Shown here: in pieces, positions 17,316 through 33,500 of the stretch
Layout: every line of letters starts with the position of its first letter
How positions within the stretch are numbered: position 1 is the stretch's first letter
Origin: the human T2T-CHM13v2.0 reference genome, Homo sapiens
Assembly (NCBI RefSeq): GCF_009914755.1
Contig: NC_060927.1
Length of the DNA: 64,000 nucleotides
Reading direction: 5' to 3' (one strand)
Translations under genes and position numbers: made by a program
Notes under the pieces: generated by a model
The model's database searches: none
What the model was told of the DNA's origin: nothing
Seen by the model: only the letters and a program-made list of their open reading frames with translations

Positions 17316-20300
17316 AAATATGAAATTACATCAAATATATATTATATTAGGTACATAAAATGTGAAAGTACATCAAATATAGATTATATACTGTACATAA
17401 AATATCAAATTACCCCAAATATATATTATATACTGTACATGTAATATCAAAGTTCACAACTATATATTGCATACTGTACATAAAATATCAAAGTACCCAA
17501 GGTATATATTCTATACTGTACAAAAAATATCAAAGTACCCAAAGCATGTATTATATACTGTACATAAAATATGAAAGTACATCAAATATATATTTTATTC
17601 TGTACATAAAATATCAAAGTACACCAGATATATATTCTATAGTGTATATAAAATATCAAAGTACCCAAACTATACATTATATACTGTACATAAAATATGA
17701 AATTACATCAAATATATATTATATTAGGTACATAAAATATGAAAGTACATGAAGTATAGATTATATACTGTAGATAAAATATCAAAGTACCCCAAATTTA
17801 TATTATATACTATACATGAAATATCAAAGTTCACAAACTATATATTATATACTGTACATAAAATATCAAAGTACCCAAGGTATATATTCTATAGTGTACA
17901 AAAAATATCAAAGTACCCAAAGCATGTATTATATACCGTACATAAAATATAAAATTACATCAAATATATATTTTATTCTGTACATAAAATATCAAAGTAC
18001 ACCAGGTATATATACTATAGTGTACATAAAATATCAAAGTACCCAAACTATACATTATACACTGTACATAAAATATGAAATTACATCAAATATATATTAG
18101 GTACATAAAATATGAAAGTACATCAAATATAGATTATATACTGTAAATATAATATCAATGTACCCCAAATATATATTTTATACTCTACATGAAATATCAA
18201 AGTTCACAAACCATATATTATATACTGTACATAAAATATCAAAGTAACCAAGGTATATATTCTATACTGTACAAAAAATATCAAAGTACCCAAAGCATGT
18301 ATTATATACTGTACATAAAATATGAAAGTACATCAAATATATATTTTATTCTGTACATAAAATATCAAAGTACACTAGATATATATTCTATAGTGTACAT
18401 AAAACATCAAAATACCCAAACTATACATTATATACTGTACATAAAATATGAGATTACATCAAATATATATTATATTAGGTACATAAAATATGAAAGTACA
18501 TCAAATATAGATTATATACTGTACATAAAATATCAAAGTACCCCGAATATATATTATATACTCTACATGAAATATCAAAGTTCACAAACTATATATTATA
18601 TACTGTACATAAAATATCAAAGTACCCAAGGTATATATTCTATACTGTACAAAAAATATCAAAGTACCCAAAGCATGTATTATATACTGTATATAAAATA
18701 AGAAAGTACATTAAATATATATTTTATTCTGTACATAAAATATCAAAGTACACCAGATATATATTCTATAGTGTACATAAAATAAGAAAGTACACAAACT
18801 ATAAATTATATACTGTACATAAAATATGAAATTACATCAAATATATATTAGGTACATAAAATATGAAAGTACATCAAATATAGATTATATACTGAACATA
18901 TAATATCAATGTACCCCAAATATATATTTGATACTCTACATGAAATATCAAAGTTCAGAAACCATACATTATATACTGTACATAAAATATCAAAGTACCC
19001 AAGGTATATATTCTATACTGTACAAAAAATATCAAAGTACCCAAAGCATGTATTATATACTGTACATAATATATGAAAGTACATCAAATATATATTTTAT
19101 TCTGTACATAAAATATCAAAGTACACCAGATATATATTCTATAGTGTACATAAAATATCAAAGTACCCAAACTATACATTATATACTGTACATAAAATAT
19201 GAAATTACATCAAATATATATTAGGTACATAAAATATGAAAGTACATCAAATATATATTTTATTCTGTACATAAAATATCAAAGTACACCAGATATATAT
19301 TCTATAGTGTACATAAAATAAGAAAGTACACAAACTATAAATTATATACTGTACATAAAATATGAAATTACATCAAATATATATTAGGTACATAAAATAT
19401 GAAAGTACATCAAATATAGATTATATACTGTACATATAATATCAATGTACCCGAAATATATATTTTATACTCTACATGAAATATCAAAGTTCACAAACCA
19501 TATATTGTATACTGCACATAAAATATCAAAATACCCAAGGTATATATTCTATACTGTACAAAAAATATCAAAGTACCCAAAGCAGGTATTATATACTGTA
19601 CATAAAATATGAAAGTACATCAAATATATATTTTATTCTGTACATAAAATATCAAAGTACACCAGATATATATTCTATAGCGTACATAAAATATCAAAGT
19701 ACACAAACTATACATTATATACTGTACATAAAATATGAAATTACATCAAATATATATTATATTAAGTACATAAAATATGAAAGTACATCAAATATAGATT
19801 ATATACTGTACATTAAATACCAAAGTACCCCAAATATATATTTTATACTGTACATGAAATTTCAAAGTTCACAAACTATATATTATATACTGTACATAAA
19901 ATATCAAAGTACCCAAGGTATATATTCTATACTGTGCAAAAAATATCAAAGTACCCAAAGCATGTATTATATACTGTATATAAAATATGAAAGTACATCA
20001 AATATATATTTTATTCTGTACATAAAATATCAAAGTACACCAGATATATATTCTATAGTGTACATAAAATATCAAACTACCCAAACTATACATTATATAC
20101 TGTACATAAAATATGAAATTACATCAAATATATATTATATTAGGTACATAAAATGTGAAAGTACATCAAATATAGATTATATACTGTACATAAAATATCA
20201 AAGTACCCCAAATATATATTATATACTGTACATGTAATATCAAAGTTCACAACTATATATTACATACTGTACATAAAATATCAAAGTACCCAAGGTATAT

Positions 20301-22560
20301 ATTCTATACTGTACAAAAAATATCAAAGTACCCAAAGCATGTATTATATACTGTACATAAAATATGAAAGTACATCAAATATATATTTTATTCTGTACAT
20401 AAAATATCAAAGTACACCAGATATATATTCTATAGTGTATATAAAATATCAAAGTACCCAAACTATACGTTATATACTGTACATAAAATATGAAATTACA
20501 TCAAATATATATTATATTAGGTACATAAAATATGAAAGTACATGAAGTATAGATTATATACTGTAGATAAAATATCAAAGTACCCCAAATTTATATTATA
20601 TACTATACATGAAATATCAAAGTTCACAAACTATATATTATATACTGTACATAAAATATCAAAGTACCCAAGGTATATATTCTATAGTGTACAAAAAATA
20701 TCAAAGTACCCAAAGCATGTATTATATACCGTACATAAAATATAAAATTACATCAAATATATATTTTATTCTGTACATAAAATATCAAAGTACACCAGGT
20801 ATATATACTATAGTGTACATAAAATATCAAAGTACCCAAACTATACATTATACACTGTACATAAAATATGAAATTACATCAAATATATATTAGGTACATA
20901 AAATATGAAAGTACATCAAATATAGATTATATACTGTAAATATAATATCAATGTACCCCAAATATATATTTTATACTCTACATGAAATATCAAAGTTCAC
21001 AAACCATATATTATATACTGTACATAAAATATCAAAGTAACCAAGGTATATATTCTATACTGTACAAAAAATATCAAAGTACCCAAAGCATGTATTATAT
21101 ACTGTACATAAAATATGAAAGTACATCAAATATATATTTTATTCTGTACATAAAATATCAAAGTACACTAGATATATATTCTATAGTGTACATAAAACAT
21201 CAAAATACCCAAACTATACATTATATACTGTACATAAAATATGAGATTACATCAAATATATATTATATTAGGTACATAAAATATGAAAGTACATCAAATA
21301 TAGATTATATACTGTACATAAAATATCAAAGTACCCCGAATATATATTATATACTCTACATGAAATATCAAAGTTCACAAACTATATATTATATACTGTA
21401 CATAAAATATCAAAGTACCCAAGGTATATATTCTATACTGTACAAAAAATATAAAAGTACCCAAAGCATGTATTATATACTGTATATAAAATAAGAAAGT
21501 ACATTAAATATATATTTTATTCTGTACATAAAATATCAAAGTACACCAGATATATATTCTATAGTGTACATAAAATAAGAAAGTACACAAACTATAAATT
21601 ATATACTGTACATAAAATATGAAATTACATCAAATATATATTAGGTACATAAAATATGAAAGAACATCAAATATAGATTATATACTGAACATATAATATC
21701 AATGTACCCCAAATATATATTTGATACTCTACATGAAATATCAAAGTTCAGAAACCATACATTATATACTGTACATAAAATATCAAAGTACCCAAGGTAT
21801 ATATTCTATACTGTACAAAAAATATCAAAGTACCCAAAGCATGTATTATATACTGTACATAATATATGAAAGTACATCAAATATATATTTTATTCTGTAC
21901 ATAAAATATCAAAGTACACCAGATATATATTCTATAGTGTACATAAAATATCAAAGTACCCAAACTATACATTATATACTGTACATAAAATATGAAATTA
22001 CATCAAATATATATTAGGTACATATAATATGAAAGTACATCAAATATATATTTTATTCTGTACATAAAATATCAAAGTACACCAGATATATATTCTATAG
22101 TGTACATAAAATAAGAAAGTACACAAACTATAAATTATATACTGTACATAAAATATGAAATTACATCAAATATATAATAGGTACATAAAATATGAAAGTA
22201 CATCAAATATAGATTATATACTGTACATATAATATCAATGTACCCGAAATATATATTTTATACTGTACATGAAATATCAAAGTTCACAAACCATATATTG
22301 TATACTGCACATAAAATATCAAAATACCCAAGGTATATATTCTATACTGTACAAAAAATATCAAAGTACCCAAAGCAGGTATTATATACTGTACATAAAA
22401 TATGAAAGTACATCAAATATATATTTTATTCTGTACATAAAATATCAAAGTACACCAGATATATATTCTATAGCGTACATAAAATATCAAAGTACACAAA
22501 CTATACATTATATACTGTACATAAAATATGAAATTACATCAAATATATATTATATTAGGT
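17316..22560 (+). repeat. 2793-bp super-HOR (67 monomers), about 1.9 tandem copies
   Basis: ORF pairs 17546/20339, 17816/20609, 18189/20982, 18928/21721 and 19476/22269 are all offset by 2793. The unit decomposes as 377+378+373+378+373+163+373+378 = 2793 (M1 at 17316 and 20109). Confidence 0.92.
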
Positions 22561-25500
22561 ACATAAAATACGAAAGTACATCAAATATAGATTATATACT
22601 GTACATAAAATATCAAAGTACCCCAATATATATTATATACTGTACATGAAATATCAAAGTTCACAAACTATATATTATGTACTGTACATAAAATATCAAA
22701 GTACCCAAGGTATATATTCTATACTGTACAAAAAATATCAAAGTACCCAAAGCATGTATTATATAATGTACATAAAATATGAAAGTACATCAAATATATA
22801 TTTTATTCTGTACATAAAATATCAAAGAACACCAGATATATATTCTATAGTGTACATAAAATATCAAAGTACTCAAACTATATATTATATACTGTACATA
22901 AAATATGAAATTACATCAAATATATATTAGGTACATAAAATATGAAAGTACATCAAATATATATTTTATTCTGTACATAAAATATCAAAGTACACCAGAT
23001 ATATATTCTATAGTGTACATAAAATAACAAAGTACACAAACTATAAATTATATACTGTACATAAAATATGAAATTACATCAAATATATATTAGGTACATA
23101 AAATATGAAAGTACATCATATATAGATTATATACTGTACATAAAATATCAATGTACCCCAAATATATATTTTATACTCTACATGAAATATCAAAGTTCAC
23201 AAACCATATATTGTATACTGCACATAAAATATCAAAATACCCAAGGTATATATTCTATACTGTACAAAAAATATCAAAGTACCCAAAGCAGGTATTATAT
23301 ACTGTACATAAAATATGAAAGTACATCAAATATATATTTTATTCTGTACATAAAATATCAAAGTACACCAGATATATATTCTATAGCATACATAAAATAT
23401 CAAAGTACACAAACTATACATTATATACTGTACATAAAATATGAAATTACATCAAATATATATTATATTAGGTACATAAAATATGAAAGTACATCAAATA
23501 TAGATTATATACTGTACATTAAATACCAAAGTACCCCAAATATATATTTTATACTGAACATGAAATTTCAAAGTTCACAAACTATATATTATATACTGTA
23601 CATAAAATATCAAAGTACACCAGATATATATTCTATAATGTACATAAAATATCAAAGTACCCAAACTATACATTATATACTGTACATAAAATATGAAATT
23701 ACATCAAATATATTTTATATTAGGTACATAAACTATGAAAGTACATCAAATATAGATTATATACTGTACATTAAATACCAAAGTACCCCAAATATATATT
23801 TTATACTGTACATGAAATATCAAAGTTCACAAACTATATATTATATACTGTACATATAATATCAAAGTACCCAAGGTATATATTCTATACTGTACAAAAA
23901 ATAACGAAGTACCAAAAGCATGTATTATATACTGTTCCTAAAATATGAAAGTACATCAAATATATATTTTATTCTGTACATAAAATATCAAAGTACACCA
24001 GATATATATTCTATAGTGTACATAAAATATCAAAGTACCCAAACTATACATTATATACTGTACATAAAATATGAAATTACATCAAATATATATTATATTA
24101 GGTACATAAAATATGAAAGTACATCAAATATAGATTATATACTGTACGTAAAATATCAAAGTACCCTAAATATATATTATATACTCTACATGAAATATCA
24201 AAGTTCACAAACTATATATTATATACTGTACATAAAATATCAAAGTACCCAAGGTATATATTCTATACTGTACAAAAAATATCAAAGTACCCAAAGCATG
24301 TATTATATACTGTATATAAAATATGAAAGTACATCAAATATATATTAGGTACATAAAATATGAAAGTACATCAAATATAGATTATATACTGTACATAAAA
24401 TATCAAAGTACCCCAAATATATATTATATACTCTACATGAAAGATCAAAGTTCACAAACTATATATTATATACAGTACATAAAATATAAAAGTAACCAAG
24501 GTATATATTCTATACTGTACAAAAAATATCAAAGTACCCAAAGCATGTATTATACACTGTACATAAAATATGAAAGTACATCAAATATATATTTTATTCT
24601 GTACATAAAATATCAAAGTACACCAGATAGATATTCTATAGTGTACATAAAATAACAAAGTACACAAACTATACATTATATACTGTACATAAAATATGAA
24701 ATTACATCAAATATATATTAGGTACATAAAATATGAAAGTACATCAAATATAGATTATATACTGTACATAAAATATCAAAGTACCCCAAATATATATTAT
24801 ATACTCTACATGAAATAACAAAGTTCACAAACTATATATTATATACTGTACATAAAAAATCAAAGTACCCAAGGTATATATTCTATACTGTACAAAAAAT
24901 ATCAAAGTACCCAAAGCATGTATTATATACTGTATATAAAATATGAAAGTACATCAAATATATATTTTATTCTGCACATAAAATATCAAAATACACCAGA
25001 TATATATTCTATAGTGTACATAAAATTACAAAGTACACAAACTATAAATTATATACTGTACATAAAATATGAAATTACATCAAATATCTATTAGGTACAT
25101 AAAATATTAACGTACATCAAATATAGATTATATACTGTACATAAAATATCAATGTACCCCAAATATATATTTTATACTCTACATGAAATATCAAAGTTCA
25201 CAAACCATATATTATATACTGTAAATAAAATATCAAAGTACTCAAGGTATATATTCTATACTGTACAAAAAATATCAAAGTACCCAAAGCATGTATTATA
25301 TACTGTACATAAAATATGAAAGTACATCAAATATATATTTTATTCTGTACATAAAATATCAAAGTACACCAGATATATATTCTATAGTGTACATAAAATA
25401 TCAAAGTACCCAAACTATACATTATATACTGTACATAAAATATGAAATTACATCAAATATATATTATATTAGGTACATAAAATATGAAAGTACATCAAAT

Positions 25501-28439
25501 ATAGATTATATACTGTACATTAAATACCAAAGTACCCCAAATATATATTTTATACTGTACATGAAATATCAAAGTTCACAAACTATATATTATATACTGT
25601 ACATAAAATACCAAAGTACCCAAGGTATATATTCTATACTGTACAAAAAATATCAAAGTACCCAAAGCATGTATTATATACTGTACATAAAATATGAAAG
25701 TACATCAAATATATATTTTATTCTGTACATAAAATATCAAAGTACACCAGATATATATTCTATAGTGTACATAAAATATCAAAGTACCCAAACTATACAT
25801 TATATACAGTACATAAAATATGAAATTACTTCAAATATATATTATATTAGGTACATAAAATATGAAAGTACATCAAATATAGATTATATACTGTACATAA
25901 AATATCAAAGTACCCCAAATATATATTATATTCTCTACATGAAATATCGAAGTTCACAAACTATATATTATATACTGTACATAAAATATCAAAGTACCCA
26001 AGGTATATATTCTATACTGCACAAAAAATTTCAAAGTACCCAAATCATGTATTATATACTGTATATAAAATATGAAAGTACATCAAATATATATTTTATT
26101 CTGTACATAAAATATCAAAGTACACCAGATATATATTCTATAGTGTACATAAAATAACAAAGTACACAAACTATAAATTATATACTGTACATAAAATATG
26201 AAATTTCATCAAATATATATTAGGTACATAAAATATGAAAGTACATCAAATATAGATCATATACTGTACATATATTATCAGTGTACCCCAAATATGTATT
26301 TTATACTCTACATGAATTATCAAAGTTCACAAACCATATATTATATACTGTACATAAAATATCAAAGTACCCAAGGTATATATTCTATACTGTACAAAAA
26401 ATATCAAAGTACCCAAAGCATGTTTTATATACTGTACATAAAATATGAAAGTACATCAAATATATATTTTATTCTGTACATAAAATATCAAAGTACACCA
26501 GATATATATTCTACAGTGTACATAAAATATCAAAGTACCCAAACTATACATTATATACTGTACATAAAATATGAAATTACATCAAATATATTTTATATTA
26601 GGTACATAAAATATGAAAGTACATCAAATATAGATTATATACTGTACATTAAATACCAAAGTACCCCAAATATATATTTTATACTGTACATGAAATATCA
26701 AAGTTCACAAACTATATATTATATACTGTACATATAATATCAAAGTACCCAAGGTATATATTCTATACTGTACAAAAAATAACAAAGTACCAAAAGCATG
26801 TATTATATACTGTACCTAAAATATGAAAGTACATGAAATATATATTTTATTCTGTACATAAAATATCAAAGTACACCAGATATATATTCTATAGTGTACA
26901 TAAAATATCAAAATACCCAAACTATACATTATATACTGTACATAAAATATGAAATTACATCAAATATATATTATATTAGGTACATAAAATATGAAAGTAC
27001 ATCAAATATAGATTATATACTGTACATTAAATACCAAAGTACCCCAAATATATATTTTATACTGTACGTGAAATATCAAAGTTCACAAACTATATATTAT
27101 ATACTGTACATAAAATATCAAAGTACCCAAGGTATATATTCTATACTGTACAAAAAATATCAAATTACCCAAAGCATGTATTATATAGTGTACCTAAAAT
27201 ATGAAAGTACATCAAATATATATTTTATTCTGTACATAAAATATCAAAGTACCCCAGATATATATTCTATAGTGTACATAAAATAACAAAGTACAAAAAC
27301 TATAAATTATATACTGTACATAAAATATGAAATTACACCAAATATATATTAGGTACATAAAATATGAAAGTACATCAAATATTGATTATATACTGTACAT
27401 ATAATATCAATGTACCCCAAATATATATTTTATAGTCTACATGAAATATCAAAGTTCACAAACCATACATTATATACTGTACATAAAATATCAAAGTACC
27501 CAAGGTATATATTCTATACTGTACAAAAAATATCAAAGTACCCAAAGCATGTATTATATACTGTACATAAAATATGAAAGTACATTAAAAATATATTTTA
27601 TTCTGTACATAAAATATCAAAGTACACCAGATATATATTCTATAGTGTACATAAAATATCAAAGTACCCAAACTATACATTATATAGTGTACATAAAATA
27701 TGAAATTACATCAAATATATATTAGGTACATAAAATATGAAGGTACATCAAATATAGATTATATACTGTACATAAAATATCAAAGTACCCGAAATATATA
27801 TTATATACTCTACATGAAATATCAAAGTTCACAAACTATATATTATATACTGTACATAAAATATCAAAGTACCCAAGGTATATATTCTATACTGTACAAA
27901 AAATATCAAAGTACCCAAAGCATGTATTATATACTGTACATAAAATATGAAAGTACATCAAATATATATTTTATTCTGTACATAAAATATCAAAGTACAC
28001 CAGATATATATTCTATAGTATACATAAAATAACAAAGTACACAAACTATACATTATATACTGTACATAAAATATGAAATTACATCAAATATATATTAGGT
28101 ACATAAAATATGAAAGTACATCAAATATAGATTATACACTGTACATAAAATATCAATGTACCCCAAATATATATTTTATACTCTACATGAAATATCAAAG
28201 TTCACAAACCATATATTATATACTGTACATAAAATATCAAAGTACCCAAGGTATATATTCTATACTATACAAAAAATATCAAAGTACCCAAAGCATGTAT
28301 TATATACTGTACATAAAATATGAAAGTACATCAAATATATATTTTATTCTGTACATAAAATATCAAAGTACACTAGATATATATTCTATAGTGTACATAA
28401 AATATCAAAATACCCAAACTATACATTATATACTGTACA

Positions 28440-30540
28440 TAAAATATGAAATTACATCAAATATATATTAGGTACATAAAATATGAAAGTACATCAAATA
28501 TAGATTATATACTGTACATAAAATATCAAAGTACCCCAAATATATATTATATACTCTACATGAAATGTCAAAGTTCACAAACTATATATTATATACTGTA
28601 CATAAAATATCAAAATACCCAAGGTATATATTCTATACTGTACAAAAAATATCAAGGTACCCAAAGCATGTATTATATACTGTACATATAATATGAAAGT
28701 ACATCAAATATATATTTTATTCTGTACATAAAATATCAAAGTACACCAGATATATATTCTATAGTGTACATAAAATAACAAAGTACACAAACTATACATT
28801 ATATACTGTACATAAAATATGAAATTACATCAAATATATATTAGGTACATAAAATATGAAAGAACATCAAACATAGATTATATACTGTACATAAAATATC
28901 AAAGTACCCCAAATATATATTTTATACTCTACATGAAATATCAAAGTTCACAAACTATATATTATATACTGTACATAAAATATCAAAGTACCCAAGGTAT
29001 ATATTCTATACTGTACAAAAAATATCAAAGTACCCAAAGCATGTATTATATACTGTATATAAAATATGAAAGTACAACAAATATATATTTAATTCTGTAC
29101 ATAAAATATCAAAGTACACCAGATATATATTCTATAGTGTACATAAAATAACAAAGTACACAAACTATAAATTATATACTGTACATAAAATATGAAATTA
29201 CATCAAATATATATTAGGTACATAAAATATGAAAGTACATCAAATATAGATTATATACTGTACATATAATATCAATGTACCCGAAATATATATTTTATAC
29301 TCTACATGAAATATCAAAGTTCACAAACCATATATTATATACTGTGCATAAAATATCAAAGTACCCAAGGTATATATTCTATACTGTACAAAAAATATCA
29401 AAGTACCCAAAGCATGTATTATATACTGTACATAAAATATGAAATTACATCAAATATATATTTTATTCTGTACATAAAATATCAAAGTACACCAGATATA
29501 TATTCTATAGTGTACATAAAATATCAAAGTACCCAAACTATACATTATATACTGTACATAAAATATGAAATTACATCAAATATATATTATATTAGGTACA
29601 TAAAATATGAAAGTACATCAAATATAGATTATATACTGTATATTAAATACCAATGTACCCCAAATATATATTTTATACTGTACATGAAATATCAAAGTTC
29701 ACACACTATATATTATATACTGTACATAAAATATCAAAGTACCCAAGGTATATATTCTATACTGTACAAAAAACATCAAAGTACCCAAAGCATGTATTAT
29801 ATACTGTACATAAAATATGAAAGTACATCAAATATATATTTTATTCTGTACATAAAATATCAAAGTACACCAGATATATATTCTATAGTGTACATAAAAT
29901 ATGAAATTACCCAAACTATATATTATATACTGTACATAAAATATGAAATTACATCAAATATGTATTATATTAGGTACATAAAATATGAAAGTACATCAAA
30001 TATAGATTATATACCGTACATAAAATATCAAAGTACCCCAAATATATATTATATACTATACATGAAATATCAAATATCACAAACTATATATTATATACTG
30101 TACATAAAATATCAAAGTACCCAATGTATATATTCTATAGTGTACAAAAAATATCAAAGTACCCAAAGCATGTATTATATACTGTACATAAAATATAAAA
30201 GTACATCAAATATATATTTTATTCTGTACATAAAATATGAAAGTACACCAGATATATATTCTATAGTGTACATAAAATATCAAAGTACCCAAACTATACA
30301 TTATATACTGTACATAAAATATGAAATTACATCAAATATATATTATATTAGGTACTTAAAATATGAAAGTACATCAAATATAGATTATATACTGTACATA
30401 AAATATCAAAGTACCCCAAATATATATTATATACTGTACATGAAATATCAAAGTTCACAACTATATATTATATACTGTACATAAAATATCAAAGTCCCCA
30501 AGGTATATATTCTATACTGTACAAAAAATATCAAAGTACC
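28440..30540 (+). repeat. Distant mosaic copy of about 5885-7330 joined to about 8850-9480
   Basis: ORF pairs 5888/28446, 6261/28819 and 6748/29306 are offset by 22558, sharing AAGAACATCAAAC, CTGTGCAT and AAAACATCA. The offset then becomes 21056, with shared AATATGTATT, CCGTAC, AATATCAC and AGGTACTT. Confidence 0.85.
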
Positions 30541-33500
30541 CAAAGCATGTATTATATACTGTACATAAAATATGAAATTACATCAAATATATATTATATT
30601 AGGTACATAAAATATGAAAGTACATCAAATATAGATTATATACTGTACATAAAATATCAAAGTACCCCAAATATATATTTTATACCGTACATGAAATACC
30701 AAATTTCACAAACTATATATTATATACTGTACATAAAATATCAAAGTACCCAAGGTATATATTCTATACTGTACAAAAAATATCAAAGTACCAAAAGCAT
30801 GTATTATATACTGTACATAAAATATGAAAGTACATCAAATATATATTTTATTCTGTACATAAAATATCAAAGTACACCAGACATATATTCTATAGTGTGC
30901 ATAAAATATCAAAGTACCCAAACTATACATTATATACTGTACATAAAATATGATATTACATCAAATATATTTTATATTAGGTACATAAAATATGAAAGTA
31001 CATCAAATATAGATTATATGCTGTACATTAAATACCAAAGTACCCCAAATATATATTTTATACTGTACATGAAATATCAAAGTTCACAAACTATATATTA
31101 TATACTGTACATAAAATATCAAAGTACCCAAGGTATATATTCTATACGGTACCAAAAATATCAAAGTACCCAAAGCACGTATTATATACTGTACATAAAA
31201 TATGAAAGTACATCAAGTATATATTTTATTCTGTACATAAAATATCAAAGTACAACAGATATATATTCTATAGTGTACATAAAATATCAAAGTACCCAAA
31301 CTATACATTATATACTGTACATAAAATATGAAATTACACCAAATATATATTAGGTACATAAAATATGAAAGTACATCACATATAGATTATATACTGTACA
31401 TAAGATATCAATGTACCCCAAATATATATTTTATACTCTACATGAAATATCAAAGTTCACAAACTATATATTATATACTGTACATAAAATATCAAAGTAC
31501 CCAAGGTATATATTCTACACTGTACAAAAAATATCAAAGTACCCAAAGCATTTATTATATACTGTACATAAAATATGAAACTACATCAAATATATATTTT
31601 ATTCTGTACATAAAATATCAAAGTACACCAGATATATATTCTATATTCTACATAAAATATCAAAGTACCCAAACAATACATTATATATTGTACATAAAAT
31701 ATGAAATTACTTCAAATATATTTTATATTAGGTACATAAAATATGAAAGTACATCAAATATAGATTATATACTGTACATTAAATACCAAAGTACCCCAAA
31801 TATATATTTTATACTGTACATGAAATATCAAAGTTCACACACTATATATTATATACTGTACATAAAATATCAAAGTACCCAAGGTATATATTCTATACTG
31901 TACAAAAAATATCAAAGTACCCAAAGCACGTATTATATACTGTACATAAAACATGAAAGTACATCAAATATATATTTTATTCTGTACATAAAATATCAAA
32001 GTACACCAGATATATATTCTATAGTGTACATAAAATATCAAAGTACCCAAACTATACATTATATACTGTACATAAAATATGAAATTACATCAAATTTATA
32101 ATAGGTACATAAAATATGAAAGTACATCAAATATAGATTATATACTGTACATAAAATATCAAAGTACCCCAAATATATATTTTATACTCTACAGGAAATA
32201 TCAAAGTTCACACACTATATATTATATACTGTATATAAAATATCAAAGTACCCAAGGTATATATTCTATACTGTACAAAAAATATCAAAGTACCCAAAGC
32301 ATGTATTATATGCTGTATATAAAATATGAAAGTACATCAAATATATATTTTACTCTGTACATAAAATATCAAAGTACACCAGATATATATTCTATAGTGT
32401 ACATAAAATAACAATGTACACAAACTATAAATTATATACTGTACATAAAATATGAAATTACATCAAATATATATTATGTACATAAAATATGAAAGTACAT
32501 CAAATATAGATTATATACTGAACATATAATATCAATGTACCCAAAATATAGGTTATATACTCTACATGAAATATCAAAGTTCACAAACTATATATTATAT
32601 ACTGTACATAAAATATCAAAGTACCCAAGGTATATATTCTATACTGTACAAAAAATATCAAAGTACCCAAAGCATGTATTATATACTGTACATAAAATAT
32701 GAAAGTACATCAAATATATATTTTATTCTGTACATAAAATATCAAAGTACACCAGATATATATTCTATAGTGTACATAAAATAACAAAGTACACAAACTA
32801 TACATTATATACTGTACATAAAATATGAAATTACATCAAATATATATTAGGTACATAAAATATGAAAGTACATCAAATATAGGTTATATACTCTACATAA
32901 AATATCAAAGTACCCCAAATATATATTATATACTCTACATGAAATATCAAAGTTCACAAACTATATATTATATACTGTACATAAAATATCAAAGTACCCA
33001 AGGTATATATTCTATACTGTACAAAAAATATCAAAGTACCCAAAGCATGTATTATATACTGTATATAAAATATGAAACTACATCAAATATATATTTTATT
33101 CTGTACATAAAATATCAAAGTACACCAGATATATATTCTATAGTGTACATAAAATAACAAAGTACACAAACTATAAATTATACACTGTACATAAAATATG
33201 AAATTACATCAAATATATATTAGGTACATAAAATATGAAAGTACATCATATATAGATTATATACTGAACATATAATATCAATGTACCCCAAATATATATT
33301 TTATACTCTACATGAAATATCAAAGTTCAGAAACCATACATTATATACTGTACATAAAATATCAAAGAAACCAAGGTATATATTCTATACTGTACAAAAA
33401 ATATCAAAGTACCCAAAGCATGTATTATATACTGTACATAAAATATGAAAGTACATTAAATATATATTTTATTCTGTACATGAAATATCAAATTACCCAA

